From the NCBI GenBank assembly GCA_963712275.1, contig CAVQHD010000001.1, forward strand, positions 832,001 through 896,000: 64,000 nucleotides of DNA, given 5' to 3'. Position 1 is the stretch's first letter, and each line of letters opens with the position of its first letter. The stretch is from an uncultured Rhabdochlamydiaceae bacterium. Lineage in GTDB: Bacteria; Chlamydiota; Chlamydiia; Chlamydiales; Rhabdochlamydiaceae. Shown here piece by piece: positions 9,201 to 24,200 of the stretch. The notes under the pieces were generated by a model. That model saw only the letters and a program-made list of their open reading frames with translations, was not told the origin of the DNA and made no database searches. Position numbers and translations under genes: made by a program.

Positions 9201-12200
9201 ATCGGTAGTAATATCACAGTGACAGGAGCAAATCCGCTGACCTTCCCCAGCCCCGTCAGCTTGACAGGGGCAAGCGTGATCACCTCAAACAATGCCAATA
9301 TCTCCTTTAATAGCACCTTGAATGGAGCGCAAACCTTGACCCTAGCAGGAGGAACAGGAACTACAACGTTTACGGGAGCGGTTGGCGGCACAACTCCTTT
9401 GACGAGTTTATCTGTAACAGCTGCAACCATCACACAGAGCTCAACTGCACAAACGACGGGGGCACTCAGTTATACGGGTTCCACAGCAATCAATATTGCG
9501 GGCAATGTGACGACAAGCGGTGGCATCATAACAATGACAGCGCCCGTTGTTGCCAGCAATAGTCCGACTTTCGATAGCACGAATGCAGGAGGAACGCCAG
9601 CCGGAGCAAACATCAACTTCACAAGTACGCTGAATGGTGCAACGGCGATTTCAATCCGGGCTGGCACCGGAGGCACAGTGATATTGGGCGGGGCCGTGGG
9701 CAATACGGCTCCTCCGACAAATCTTTCGTTTGTTAGCGCAGGCCTCATTCAAATCGGCAATAATATCACGGTGACAGGAGCAAATCCGCTGACCTTCCCC
9801 AGCCCCGTCAGCTTGACAGGGGGAAGTATCATCACCTCGAACAATGCCAACATTTCCTTTAATAGCACCTTGAATGGAGCTCAAACCTTGACCCTAGCAG
9901 GAGGAACAGGAACTACAACGTTTACGGGGGCGGTTGGCGGTACGGCTCCTTTGACGAGTTTATCTGTAACAGCTGCGACCATCACACAGAGCTCGACTGC
10001 AAAAACGACAGGAGCTCTTAGTTATACGGGTTCCACGGCAATCAACATTGCAGGCAATGACACGACGAGCGGCGGCGTCATTACCATGACAGGGCCTGTT
10101 ACACTAAATGGCAATGTTGTTATGGATGCGACAAATGGCGGGGTATCAGCAGGAGGCGCCAACATTACCTTGACGAGTACGGTCAATGGGGCTGATAACC
10201 TGACTTTGACAGGGGGAACCGGGGGAACAGTCTCTTTTGGAGCAGCGGGTGGAGCGACAGCCCTGACAACACTCACTGCCTCAGGAGCGATTGTTACTCA
10301 AACGTCTACTGCTAAAACGACAGGAGCACTCAGCTATACAGGCTCAACAGCGATTAACGTGAATGGCAATATCACTACGAGCGGTGGGGTCATCACGATG
10401 ACGGGTCCTGTCGTGATCACGGCTGCCCCGACCTTTGATAGCACAAATGCCGGTGGCGCAGCAGCTGGAGCAAACATCAGTTTCTCAAGCACCCTTAACG
10501 GAGCAACAGCCCTTACTTTGAGAGCCGGAACGGGAGGAAATGTCTCCTTTACGGGTGCTGTAGGTGGAACAAATGCTTTAACGAATCTCTCTTTCACCAG
10601 CGCAAATCTTATCCAGATCGGAAACAACATTACGGTGACAGGAGCCAATCCACTTACTTTTCCCGATCCGGTCAGTTTAACTGGTACCAGCACCATCACT
10701 TCTAACAATGCCAATATCAGCTTTAGCAGCACTCTCAATGGTGCTCAAGCTCTGACGCTAGCTGCTGGGACAGGTAGCATCACATTCACAGGGGCTGTTG
10801 GGGGAGGGACGCCTCTCACTTCGCTCACGATTTCCAATGCGACTAATGTCACTGCAAATGCCATTACAGCTTCTTCGATCACACAAAGTGCAGGCACAGG
10901 AACCACCACATTTAATGGCCTTGTCAATACAACTGGGACTTCTGGCATTTCGCTAACAGGAACTAATTTTGCAATCAATGCAAATGTTACGACAACAAAT
11001 ACCGGTTCTTTCTCCATCGCGCATTCCGGATCCTTAACTATTCCAAGCGGGGTGGTGATTTCTGTTGATGGAGCCTTTGTGGATTCTAGTTCTGGAACGA
11101 CAAGTCTTGCAGGTAACATTACTTCAAATGGCCATAATATTTCCTTTGGAACACCTGTAACTTTAGCCGGACCAGTTGTTCTGAATTCAGGAGCGAGTAC
11201 CGGAAATATTATTTTCTCAAGCACTCTGGACGGAGCGCAAAATCTCAACTTAAGCGCGGGTAACGGCAATATCACGTTTACAGGTGCAGTGGGAGGAACT
11301 ACACGTCTTGGAACGTTAACTGTCAACACAACAAATAATTTCACAGCGAACGCCCTTACACTTGCAGCGTTTAATCAGGTGGCAGGAACGGGCATCACCA
11401 CTTTTAATGGAGCTGTAGATTTAAATACAGTTGCAGGACTTTCGATTACGGATACGAATACTACTTTTAATAATACGGTAAATACGACTAGTGGTGGGCC
11501 GGCAACTATTTCAGTGGGGGGCACCCTTATTCTCACCTCTTCGGCTGTGTTTACACTGACAGGAGCTTTTACAGAGAGCGGAGCTGGAGGTGTGCAATCT
11601 GCAGGCTCCATCACAACGGCAAATCAAACAATTCAATTTGGAAGCGCTGTTGCATTGACGGGAGCTACAACTCTGAATACAGGATCTGGAGCAGGTAATA
11701 TTCTTTTCTCAAATACACTCGATGGACCAGGTAATCTCAATTTGACTGCTGGCACAGGGAATATCACTTTTAATATGGCAGTTGGAAGCTCAACGCGTCT
11801 AGGTGCTTTGACGATCAACAGCGCAACGACGATTTCGGCGTTAGCAGTAAAAGCAGCATCGATCAATCAAGTTGCAGCAAGCGGAACATCTACTTATAGC
11901 GGTGATATCAATACCAATGCAGTTGCTGGAGTCCACCTTACAGGTAATATTTTTTCAATCAATGGGAATTTGATCACAACAGCGGCTGGGCCATTTACGA
12001 TCACAAATTCAGGTCTTTTAACGTTGACAGCTGGCAATTCAACCTCTCTTTCCAGCACATTTACTCAAAATGGAACAGGTAGCGTCAATTTTTCGGGGAC
12101 TATTCTGACAAGTAATGCTGCCATTTCTTTTGCCAGTCCGATCACTCTATCAGGCGCTGCAGTATTAAATGCGGGTGCTGGTTCTGGCTCGATCACTCTT

Positions 12201-15200
12201 TCTAGCACCGTGGATGGAACAGTCAGTGGTGCGCAAACGCTCACTTTAACAAGTGGTACAGGTAACACGACCTTGGGAGGTAATATCGGTAGTACGGTGC
12301 CTCTTTCTGATATTTCCATTAATCAAGCTGCTAATGTTTCTGTGCAGGCAGTGACTGCTTCTTCACTTACGCAGCTTATGGGAAGTGGGACCAGTACTTT
12401 TAATGGAGCTATTAACACATCTACAGTGACGGGTATTAATCTCACAGGTACAGCTTTTACCTTTAATAATAATGTGACCACCACAGCAAGCGGCCCTCTG
12501 ATCGTTACCAACAATTCGGGCGTGCTCACGTTTGCTTCCGGAACTGTAAGCAATATTGGAGGCGCCTTCTCCCAGCTTGGAACAGGAGGCGTTTCTCTTG
12601 CCGGACAGATTACTGCGGGCGGAGCAATTTCGATTGCAGGGCAGGTCACGGTTGCCGGAACTGCGACTTTAAGTACTGCTGCGGCCTCCCAAAACATCAC
12701 GCTTTCAAGTACGGTGAATGGTGCGAATAATCTCACTCTGGCAGCCGGTGGCGGAGATATTACAATCAGCGATACTGTCGGTGGAACGACGCGTCTTGGC
12801 AATTTAATCTTTAGCAGTGCACATAATATCTCCACACAATCTATTACAGCCGCAAGTATCGTTCAGACAGCCGGCACGGGAACCACGACATTCGGAGGAG
12901 CGACGCTCAATACGAATGGGGCGAGTGGCATCAATTTGACACTGACGAATTTTTCTTACAATGGGTCCATTGTCACAACGGGAAGTGGACCTGTTATTGT
13001 GGCCAGCAGCGGTACTGTGACTCTTGTCTCTTCTGGAACAACCTCGATCTCAGGCTCTTTCCAGCAAAATGGTGGAGCGGGATCCGTGAGTTTTTCTGGA
13101 ACGCTCACCACGATCAACCAGCCGATCACATTCACAAGCCCTATGACCTTGACAGGCGATGCGACTTTAACGAGTGGATCGGGGGCAGGAGACATTTCGC
13201 TATCCACTGTCACAGGAGCTCATAATCTAACTCTTACGGCTGGAACAGGAAGTATTACAACAGGCACAATAGGTGCAGTTCCGCTGACAACAATCACTTT
13301 TACAAGTGCGAATAATATCACCGCAGCGGCAATCTCAGCTGGGAGCATCACTCAAACAGCAGGAAGTGGGACGTCGATTTTTAATGGAGTCCTAACCACT
13401 ACAACTGCAAGCGGGATCTCCCTCACAGGAACAGGCTTTCAGTTTCCAAATTCTGTGGCGACTACAACGACGGGATCTTTCTCTTTAAACAATAGCGGCT
13501 CGGCTATCTTCGGCCCTGGAGTGGTTTTCTCCATTGATGGAGCCTTTTCTCAAACAGGCTCAGGAGCGGTTTCCCTCGGCGCGAATATCACAACGAATAC
13601 AGGCGCGATTTCGCTTGCTTCTGCGGTGACTTTAAATGGAGCGAGTGTTCTCAACTCTTCTGCAGGAAATGGAAATATCACCTTTTCTAGCTCCATCAAC
13701 GGTGCCCAAACGCTCTCGATGACTGCAGCTGGAGGCAATGTCTCTGTGAGTGGAGCAATTGGAGCCACAACCCCCCTTTCTTCTCTGACAGTGGTGAGCG
13801 CAAACAATATCTCATTTGCAAACATTGGAACTGTGGGATCGGCAGGAGTAACGGGAGCGACAAGCCTTTCTGCAACGACGAACCTCAACTTTAATGGAAC
13901 AAACTATAACCTCAATGCACAAACCTTGAGCGCAACGACGGCTAATTTCAATGCGGGGGCTTTGACTACATTCACCACGAATGGCAACCCCATTACGGTT
14001 TCAGCAACTACTATGCAACTAAGTAGCGGAACAGATCTTACGATGAACTCCACGAACGGTGCAATTACTCTCCCCACTACACATGCTGTTGCGGGTAATT
14101 TGCGGACGCTGACTTTAAATGCGGGCACGGGAACTGTTCAAGTGGCTCAGATCGGAGCTTCAAACAATGGAGAATTTGCTGCGGTTTCCCTCACTGGAGG
14201 CAACTTGCTTATTCGCGGCGATCTCTTTTCAAATGCCCTCACGCTCTCTTCTTCAGCAGGCCATCAGATCTTTCTTGGAGGAAGCATCACTACAGTAAAT
14301 ACCGCAGTGAGTTTCCCGGTTGCTGTTATCCGAGACACGATTACAACTGCGACAGTATCCACTGGAACAACCGGCGCTGCCATCAGCTTTTCAAGCACCA
14401 TTGATGGCGATGTGGCGCTGACACGCAATCTGACGCTCGCTGCGGGAAGTGGGAATATCACGTTGACGGGAGCAGTAGGGGGAACGACTCCGCTTGGCAC
14501 TTTGACCCTTTCATCTGCGAATAATGCAAATGCAAATGCGATCACGGTTGGGGTGCTGGCTCAAAATAGTGGCACAGGGACAACCACTTTTAATGGAGTT
14601 ATTAACACTTCCAATGCCTTGGGAATTAACCTTACAGGAAGCGCCTTCACTTTTAATAATACAGTTACGACAACAATGGGGGGAGCGCTTCAAATTAATA
14701 ACAGCGGCCTTCTTTCTATGCCAAACGGAGCAACCCTGACTTTAAGTGGTCCTTTTTCTCAGACGGGAAGTGGTGCCGTGCAGATCGGAAATACAATCAC
14801 ATCCGGAGATGAAATCCTCTTTACAGGTGGGGTTTCTCTAACGCATGCCACATCTCTTAGTACTGCAGCTGCAAATCAGACGATTGAGTTCATGAGCAGC
14901 ATCGATAGCGTGAGCACAACGCCATTTGATCTTTCCTTAGATGCCGGTACAGGCAATATCTTGATTCTCGGCAATATGGGATCGATTCATCCTCTTGGCT
15001 CTTTTTTAATTAATCATGCACAAAATATCACACTACAATCGATTACAGCGAATGGAACAGTACTTAATGGAGGAACGGGGACTACTACTATAAACGGCGA
15101 TGCTCTTATCGGTTCAGGCGGAATCAGTGCGACCGGCAATAACTTCGTCGGCAATGGAAATGTAACCACCACTAATGGGGGAAATATTACCCTCAATAAC

Positions 15201-18200
15201 TCTGGAACCGCAACGGGCACTGCGGGAACCACGACGACGTGTGATGGAAATTATAATCAAATCGGTTCAGGTCCTTTCTTTGCTGGGGGCCTTACAACCG
15301 TGCATGGCAATCTTTTAATTACGAGCCCGGTTACCGTTTTTGCCCCTTCGACATTTGACTTGAGCACAGGTGGGGGAAGCATGACCTTCTTAAGCACTAT
15401 CGATGGCGGATCGAGCCTCAGTCTACTATCGAGTGGAGGCTCAATTACGCTTAGCGGAGATGTGGGTTCTGGAGTTCCTCTAGGCGCTTTTAGTATCGAT
15501 GGAGCCGGAAATGTCATGACTCAAGGCATTCAAGCTACCTCTATTGCGCAAACAGCGAGCACGGGAACCACCACCTTTAATGGAGCGCTGATCACATCAG
15601 GTGCTTCCGGTATTGCAATCACTACAAATGCCATTGTTCGCGGTGCTGCTATTACGACGATAGGAAATGGTCCACTGACCATTACGAATAGCGGAACTTT
15701 CACTAGTACGGCAGCCGGAGCTATCATTTTGGCAGGAGCCTTTACTCAAAATGGAGCAGGTCCTGTCACTTTAGGAGGATCTCTCACCACTTCAAATGCG
15801 AATATCTCTTTTTCAAGTCCCATTACCCTGGCAGCGAATGTTTCTCTAAGTTCGGGAACTGGTGCGGGAAACATCACTTTAAGTCAAACAGTTCAAGGTG
15901 GGTTTAACCTCGCGCTCAATAGTGGAACGGGAAATATTACTTTGAGTGGCAATGCAGGAACTTTGACGCCTCTGGCCTCTTTTTCGATTGTACAAGCATC
16001 AAACGTTTCAACAGAAGCCATTAGTGCTGTCTCTATTTCCCAAACAGCTGGCACTGGTACAACTACCTTTAATGGCGCTTTAAATACGACAGGGGCTTCA
16101 GGAATTTCTCTGACAGGAACTTCCTTTACCTTTAATAATACCTTTACAACGGCGGCTGCAGGTCCAGTTTCTGTGACCAATTCAGGACTCTTGACTTTTG
16201 ATGCAGGAGCAACAGGCTCTATAGCTGGTGCTTTAACACAAAGTGGGGCCGGAAGTACTCAACTCTCCAGCTCTATTACAACGGGGGGGATGGTGCAATT
16301 TAATGGGCCCTTTACTGTCTCTGGCACCGGATCTTTAAGTACGAGCGCGGCAAATCAGCCCATTACTTTTTTTAGCACGTTAAATGGACCTGGTAATTTG
16401 ACTCTTTCATCCGGAACAGCGGATATTGTGCTTTCAGCAAATGCAGGAAGCCTAACCCCTCTTGGCACATTGACTATTTCAACGGTGGGTAATTTGACGA
16501 CGCAGGCAATCACTGCCTTAGCATTCACTCAATCGGCAGGAGGAGGAACGACTTTAATTAATGGAAATATAACGACCAGCGGAAGTGGAGGCGTCAACTT
16601 AACTGGAACAACCTTCACCTTCCTACAGAATACCACGACGACTGGCACAGGCCCCATTACGATTAGCAATAGCGGTACGCTGACTACAACGGCTGGCAAG
16701 ACATTCTCTTCGAATGGAGTTTTCACACAAAACGGATCGGGAAGCGTGCTACTAGGGAGCACGATTACAACCACAAATGCAACAGCTGCAAATGCAAATA
16801 TTAATTTTTCAGGGACAAGTCCAATTACTGTTACTGCTCCTTCCATTATTGATTCGAGCACTGGTGGAGGAACGATCAATTTTTCGGCAGCGAGTACGGT
16901 AGATGGTTCTCAATCCATTAACTTGATCGCTGGAACGGGCGATATCAATATTCTGGGGAATTTTGGAGGGGTCACACGTCTTGGAGTATTTACAATCACA
17001 AGCGGGCATGATATTCAATTGCAAGCGGTTACAGCGAGCTCGATGAGTCAGCTCGCAGGGAGTGGAACCACAAGTCTTTTAGGCTCTCTTAACACGAACT
17101 CGCCAGCCGGGATGACCTTTATTGGCAACAATTTTACAATTGGACCATTTGCAAGCTCAATTACTACAACAAATGGAGGTTCACTCACTCTTACCAACCA
17201 AGGTCTTGCTGCAGGAACGGCGCCAGTGGTCGTCACTATTGACGGTTCTTACATTCAAAATGGGACGGGCGCGATCTTTGTAGGTCCGATTACAGCCCGT
17301 CAAGGAATTTCCTTTACAGGCCCTGCGACTATTGCTTCTTCCGGTACTTTAGATAGTTCTGCTGGAAACGGAAACATCACCTTCAGCAATACAGTCGATG
17401 CTCTTACTGGTACAGAGAATCTGATTTTGAATCCGGGAACCGGCAATATCGCCTTTAGCAGCGCTGTGGGTAGTTCAACTCCTCTTGGCGCTTTAACTAT
17501 CCAAAGCGCAAGTAATGTGACAGCTACTAGCATTTCTGCAGGTCAGATTAGCGGATCCAGTATGACGGGCCTTGCGACATTTAATGGCTCTGTGACGACC
17601 TCTAGCGCTGCGGGAATTGTGCTTTCTGGAAACGCATTTACCTTTAATCACAATGTGACAACCACAGGCAATGGAGTGGTGACCCTCACTAATTCGGGGG
17701 CTTTGATGATTGCAAATGGGGTCACCTTTAATCTCGATGGGGCCTTTACGCAAAGCGGTGCAGGGGCAATTTCTTTTGGTGGCTCAATCATAACAACAAA
17801 TGACGCGATAAGCGTTGCATCAGCAATGACGCTCACAGCTCCAGCCTCCTTTAATTCCGGGGCAGGGGCAGGCGACATTACTTTAAGTGGACTAATTGAT
17901 GGATCTACGACGCTGACAGTGACAGCAGGAACCGGCAGTGCGACTTTTCAAAGCGTCATTGGGCATACGACGCCTTTAACCGCCCTGACAATACCAAGTG
18001 CAAGCACTGTGTATGTCAATGCAAATGCAACTCTCTCTGGTCCTTTTACGATCACAGCAGCTACAGGGCCGACGACTTTTAACGGGACCCTTAATGCGAG
18101 TGTAATTAGCTTAAATGGGGCTGCGATTAACTTTAATAACGCTGTAAGCACAAGTAGTGGCGCCATTGGCATTACAAATAGCGGAACCTTGACAGTGGCT

Positions 18201-21200
18201 TCAGCGTCACCCATTACTTCCAGCACAAGCTTTACGCAAACGGGAGCAGGAAACGTCTCGCTGGGCTCTAATATTACAACAGCAGGAACCCTTTCAGTGG
18301 CCTCGCCCATCACACTCACAAACGGGGTGACTTTGAATTCAGGAGGTGGAAACTTAACCTTATCAAGCGCTGTTAACGGCAGTTTTGATCTCACGCTGAC
18401 AGCGGGAGTAGGAAATGTGACATTGTCAGGAGACATCGGAGGAGTATCGCGCGTTGGGGCCTTCACTTTGACAAGTGCTCAAGATATTTCTGTTCAGGCA
18501 ATTACGGCTGCTTCCATTATGCAACAGAGCAGCACAGGAACCTCTACTCTTCAGGGAAACCTAGACACGAATACGATTGCCGGCATTACACTCATTGGCA
18601 CTAATTTTGTCAGTAGCGGCACGATCAATACGACAAATGGGGGCCCTCTTACGGTCACTAATAGTGGCCTTGCTACTGGAACTGGTGCAAGTACGATTAC
18701 TCTGGATGGTGCTTTTACACAAAATGGTACAGGTCCGGTCAATGTAGGCGGAAGTGTTACGACCAATAATGCTAATATTTCTCTTTCAGGCCCGGTCAGC
18801 GTTTTGCTTCCCACCACATTTACAAGCAATGGTGGCAATATCAGCTTTTTGAATACGGTGCAAGGCTCTGCTTGCCTCACTTTAGTGGCCTCTACAGGAA
18901 ATGTGACTTTCAGTGCAGCCGTAGGAGGGACGACTCCTTTGGGATGTTTGACCGCCTCTGGGGCAACGATTTTTCAAAATAGCTCATTGATTGCAAGTGG
19001 TGTTGTGCAAGAGACAGGAACAACCGCTATTAAACTCAGTGGGAATATCACGACCAATGCAAATGACATTACGTTGACGGGCAATACGATTGTTGCGGCA
19101 TCACTTGCACTGTCAACCAGCGGAGGAGCTGGCGATATTTCTGTTACCGGAACTCTGAATGGAGACGTGGCTGGCCGCAATCTCACGATCCAAACGGGTA
19201 CAGGTAATATCACTCTCAGCAATCCGATTGGAAACAACACGTCTTTCAATAACATCACAATGAGCGCTAATAACATTTCATGGGCAAACCTTGGCTCGAC
19301 GATTGTGGGAGCGACGGGGACCACCTCTCTCACCGCGACAACAAACATTAACTTTACAGGAACCTCTTATAAGAGTAGTACGCCGAGCTATACAGCCGGA
19401 TCAAACTTCAATTTTACTGCCGGAGTGGCTACATCGGTTTCTTCAAATGCATTGCCTATCACTTTCACAAGCGGAACGATCCAGTTAAGCAACGATCTCA
19501 CTCTGAATAGTAATGGCGCCACTATCACGATGGGAGATCTTCTGGGTACCGGGTTCAATTTCACAGTCAATGCGGGTATGGGCACTTACAACTTTGTGCA
19601 AATCGGAGCATCAGGTCAGCTTCTAAACAATGTGAATCTCACAGCCAATACATTCAATCCTACTCCCGCTTTAAATACCAACGTCTTTGCGAACAGTTTG
19701 ACGACGAACTCTATAACTCCTCTAACTATTTCTAGTGGAACCGGGTTGATTGGAAACGTGACTTACAACCAACCTGTAATTTTTCAAGGAAATGTTATCT
19801 ATACATGTGGATCTGCGGGAACAATCACCTTTAATCAGACAGTAGATGCCTTTACAGCTGATGTCGATACATTGACTTTCGATTTCAATCCTTGCACAGG
19901 TTCTGTGGTCTTTAATGCTCCGGTAGGATCTATTGCACCTCTTGCCTCTCTGGATATCGATTCGGCAACCGATGTGACTGTCAATGAACCCATGAATGTC
20001 GGTGCTCTCTCTGTAACCAATGGAACAGGCACTACTTCAATCAATTCTGGCATCACTTCTACAGATGCTGGCGGAATCAGCATCTCAACGCCTGTGATCA
20101 ATTTAATGGGCTCTATCTCTACAGCCAGTGGCGGTCCTCTCGTTCTCGATAACTCCGGGACATTTACGGTTGCAGCAGGAAGCAGCTTTGATATCTCTGG
20201 CGCATTTCAGCAAACAGGAGCAGGAGCTGTGAGCATCGGTGGAAGCGTGATCACTCATGATTCGACAATCCAATTTACGGGCCCCATTTCCTTAACCGGT
20301 GATATGACGTTCAATTCGAATATCCTGACAGGCGGAAACATCTCCTTTGCAGACACCATTCAGGGAGCGCAAAACCTGACCATAGCAGCAGGCGGCCACG
20401 ATGTTACTTTCGGTGCGGCTGTGGGCACTATCGGCACCCCTCTTGCCACTCTGCAGATTACAAGTGCACGCAATGTCACCGCTTCCGCTGCCATTTTTGC
20501 CGCAGAAATTGCGCAGCTCGCTGGTAGTGGGACAACAAGTTTGAGTGCGCTAAGCACCACAGCACTCAATGGAATCACTCTGACGGGAACTGCGTTTATA
20601 TTTAATGGGAATGTCACCACGATCGGAAACGGGCCTCTCACGGTGTCAAATTCTGGCACTGCAGCTTTTGGCAATGCGACCTATTCGATTGGGGGGGCAC
20701 TCACGCAAACCGGAGCTGGTTCTGTCACTTTGGCGGGGACGTTCTCCGCCGGTGGCGTGATTTCCTTTGCGCAAGATGTGACATTGACCGGAACGACCAG
20801 CTTAGATACCTCTGCTAATGGACAGACCATCACCTTCAGCAGCACACTCACCAACGACAATATGGGAGCTCATGATCTTACTCTCAACGCAGGGGCAGGG
20901 AGCATCACATTCTCGGGGACTGTCGGATCGACTCCAATTGGCGCCCTTACCATTTCAAATGCAAGTAATGTAACGGCTGGCGCTATCTCAGCTACCTCAA
21001 TTACGCAAAGTGCTGGCAGCAGCACTACAAGTATTAACGGCAATATGACGACAACTGGGGTTGCTGGAATCAACCTGAGTGGAACCAATTTTACTCTAAA
21101 TAGTACAGTCACAACGACAAATTTGGGACCCTTTTCCATTTCCAATAGCGGACCTCTTTTCCTCACTTTAGGAAATAGTACCTCAATTGCAGGTGCCTTT

Positions 21201-24200
21201 ACACAAAGCGGGGGAGGGGCTATTTCCATTTCCGGTCAAGTGGCAACGGTCAATCAAAACCTCTCCTTTACAAACGGTATCACTCTCGCGGGAGCAACGA
21301 CCCTGACGACAGGAGCTGGCGCAGGAACGATCACTCTTTCCAGCACAGTGAATGGCAATCAATCCTTAAATTTGACTGCAGGTACAGGAGACATCATTTT
21401 TGGGGCGAGTCTTGGCCCCACGACTCCGCTCGGCGCTCTTACAGTCACTAGTGTCAACGGTATCACTTATCCTCTTGTGCATGCCGCTTCGATTGTCCAA
21501 TCAGCAAGCAGTGGAACCACCACAATTACAGGTCCTATTAGCACAACAGGAGCTCTGGGAGTTTCCATTAGCGGCGGCGTCATCAATCAAAATGGCAATA
21601 TTACGACAACAAATGCAGGTCCTATTTCATTTACCAATACTGGAACTTTAACTGTTGGTGTCGGTGTAGCGACGACTGCTGCAGGCGGGTATACTCAGTC
21701 TGGAGGGGGAGCGGTGAGTCTTGGCGGCTCGATTAATACAACGAATAACCCCATTTCTTTTGCAGGGGCGACCACTTTGACCGCCGATGTTGTATTAAAT
21801 GCTGGGCCGACAAGTGGCAATGGTGCGAACATTTCTTTCGCAAGTACGATCATGGGAGCCCATGCACTGGTCTTAACGGCACCGGGAGGATCCATAGTTC
21901 TCAGCGGAGATGTAGGAACTGTCGGAACCCCTTTAACTGGCTTTACAATTACAAGCGCCAATCTTGTGTCGACACAAGCAGTCGCTTCGACGTTCATCAC
22001 CCAGCAGGGGGGAACAGGCACAACGACATTCAATGGAGCTCTCAATACCACAGCAGTTGCAGGGATCACGCTCATAGGGACTGCTTTCACCTTTAACAAT
22101 ACCATCACGACAGCAGCGGCAGGGCCACTAACCGTTTCCAATACTGGTCTTTTGACATTTGCTGCCGGAGCCACAGGATCTATTGCCGGAGCCTTAACCC
22201 AAAGCGGGGCAGGAAGCACGCAGCTCTCTAGCTCTATGACATCTGGTGGGGCGATGCAGTTTAACAGCTCCTTTAGTGTATCTGGTACAGGATCTCTCAG
22301 TACGAGCGCTGCAAATCAGCCCATCAGCTTTTTTAGCACACTCAACGGTCCGGGCGATCTGACACTTTCAACGGGCACGGCTGATATTCTGATCTCTGGG
22401 AATGCGGGAGGTCTAACCCCTCTTGGTAACTTGACCATTTCGACAACACGTAACTTAACAGTTCAGGCGGTCACCGCAAGTTCCCTTACCCAATCTGCAG
22501 GAACTGGTACGAGCTTATTTAATGGAAACATTTTGACAAGTGGAAGTGGAGGCATCAATTTAACTGGAACAACCTTTACCCTCCTCCAGAATATCACGAC
22601 GACTGGCACAGGTCCTATTTCCATTACTAATAGTGGCATATTGACTACCACGGCCGAAAAGAGCATCTCTTCTAATGCAATTTTCACACAAAATGGATCG
22701 GGAAGTGTACTGCTTGGATGTACGATTACAACTACAAATGCAACGGCGGCGCTTGCAGATATTAACTTTTCTGGAACCAGTCCGATTACATTGACAGCTC
22801 CTTCTTTTATTGATTCAAGCATAGGTGGAGGAACGATCAACTTTTCGGCAGCAAGCACGGTAGATGGTTATCAACCAATCACTTTGACAGCAGGAACGGG
22901 TGATATCAATATTTTAGGAAATTTTGGAGGAACAACGCGTCTTGGAGCTGTCACATTTACAAGTGGTCATGACATCCAGTTTCAGGCAATTAGTGCTAAT
23001 TCTATTACACAACTTGCAGGAAGTGGGACCTCGAGCCTTTTAGGTGCTGTTGACACAGATACGCCGGCTGGCATGCTCTTTATTGGCAATAATTTCACAA
23101 CCGGTCTCTTGGCATCTTCTATAACCACGACCAATGGAGGTTCTGTCACCATCACTAACCAAGGCCTTGTCTCAGGATCGGCTCCAGTAGTGGTCACTGT
23201 TGATGGCGCCTTCGTTCAAAACGGTCCAGGGATCATCTTCGCCGGATCGACCACGGCTCGCCAGGGAATTTCCTATACAGGACCTGTAATCATTGCCGCT
23301 TCTGGCACTTTAGATAGCTCAAGTGGAGGAGGGGATATCGTCTTTAGTAATGTGGTTGGCGCACTGGCCGGCACAGAAGATCTTGTGCTCACAGCTGGGA
23401 TTGGTAATATCGTCTTCTCGCAGCCTATTGGAGCCGAGACCATGATTGGCTCTTTTCCTGTCACGGCCTTAGGCTCCGTCACGGCCACGTCAGAAGAGAT
23501 CTTGATCGCAAGTGTAGGAACTTCTCTTGCCAAAGGAGTAAATGGGGCTATCTCCCTCACAGCAAGTGGCGGGATGAACTTCACAGGGATGACCTATCAT
23601 GCAAGTACACAAACCTACACAGCAACTACCGCCTTTACATTTGATATGAATGCAGGAGCGCTAACGACCTTTTCTTCTGATGGAGCTGCTATCACCTTTA
23701 CTGGAGGATCGGGCCTGCTGCTCTCCACGGGAACCGATCTTACGATGAATACCGGTGGTTCGAATCTCACTCTTGGAGACATTCACGCCCAAGCTGGAGA
23801 TCATCGTGCACTTGTTCTGAATGCAGGTATTGGATCGATTCAGGTCGGAGATTTAGGCACCACAGGTGCAGGGGAATTTGCATCCGCTTCATTTACAGGG
23901 GCAGATCTCACTCTTGGGCATGAATTTGCAGATTCCTTTACGTTCGATTATACAGGAACGTTGAATGCAACTGGCGATATTGTGTCAACGGATACTGCGC
24001 TTAGCTTTCCCAGCACGGTTGTCCTTGATGCCACCAATATTTTTTCAACAGTTGGAGTCATGGGTGCGGGAATCACTTTTTCAGGAACCTTAGATGGACT
24101 GGCCGATGATGCCTTTGGTCTAACCTTAAATGCTGGAATTGGCACGATCACTTTTGCACAGAATGTGGGAGCGACGCATCGATTATCGAACATCACGATA

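Noticed and set aside
7950..10830. CRISPR array or other non-coding repeat
   Set aside because: Units are in-frame multiples of 3 inside a CDS, with no spacer structure and no cas genes; no CRISPR array was seen anywhere in the window
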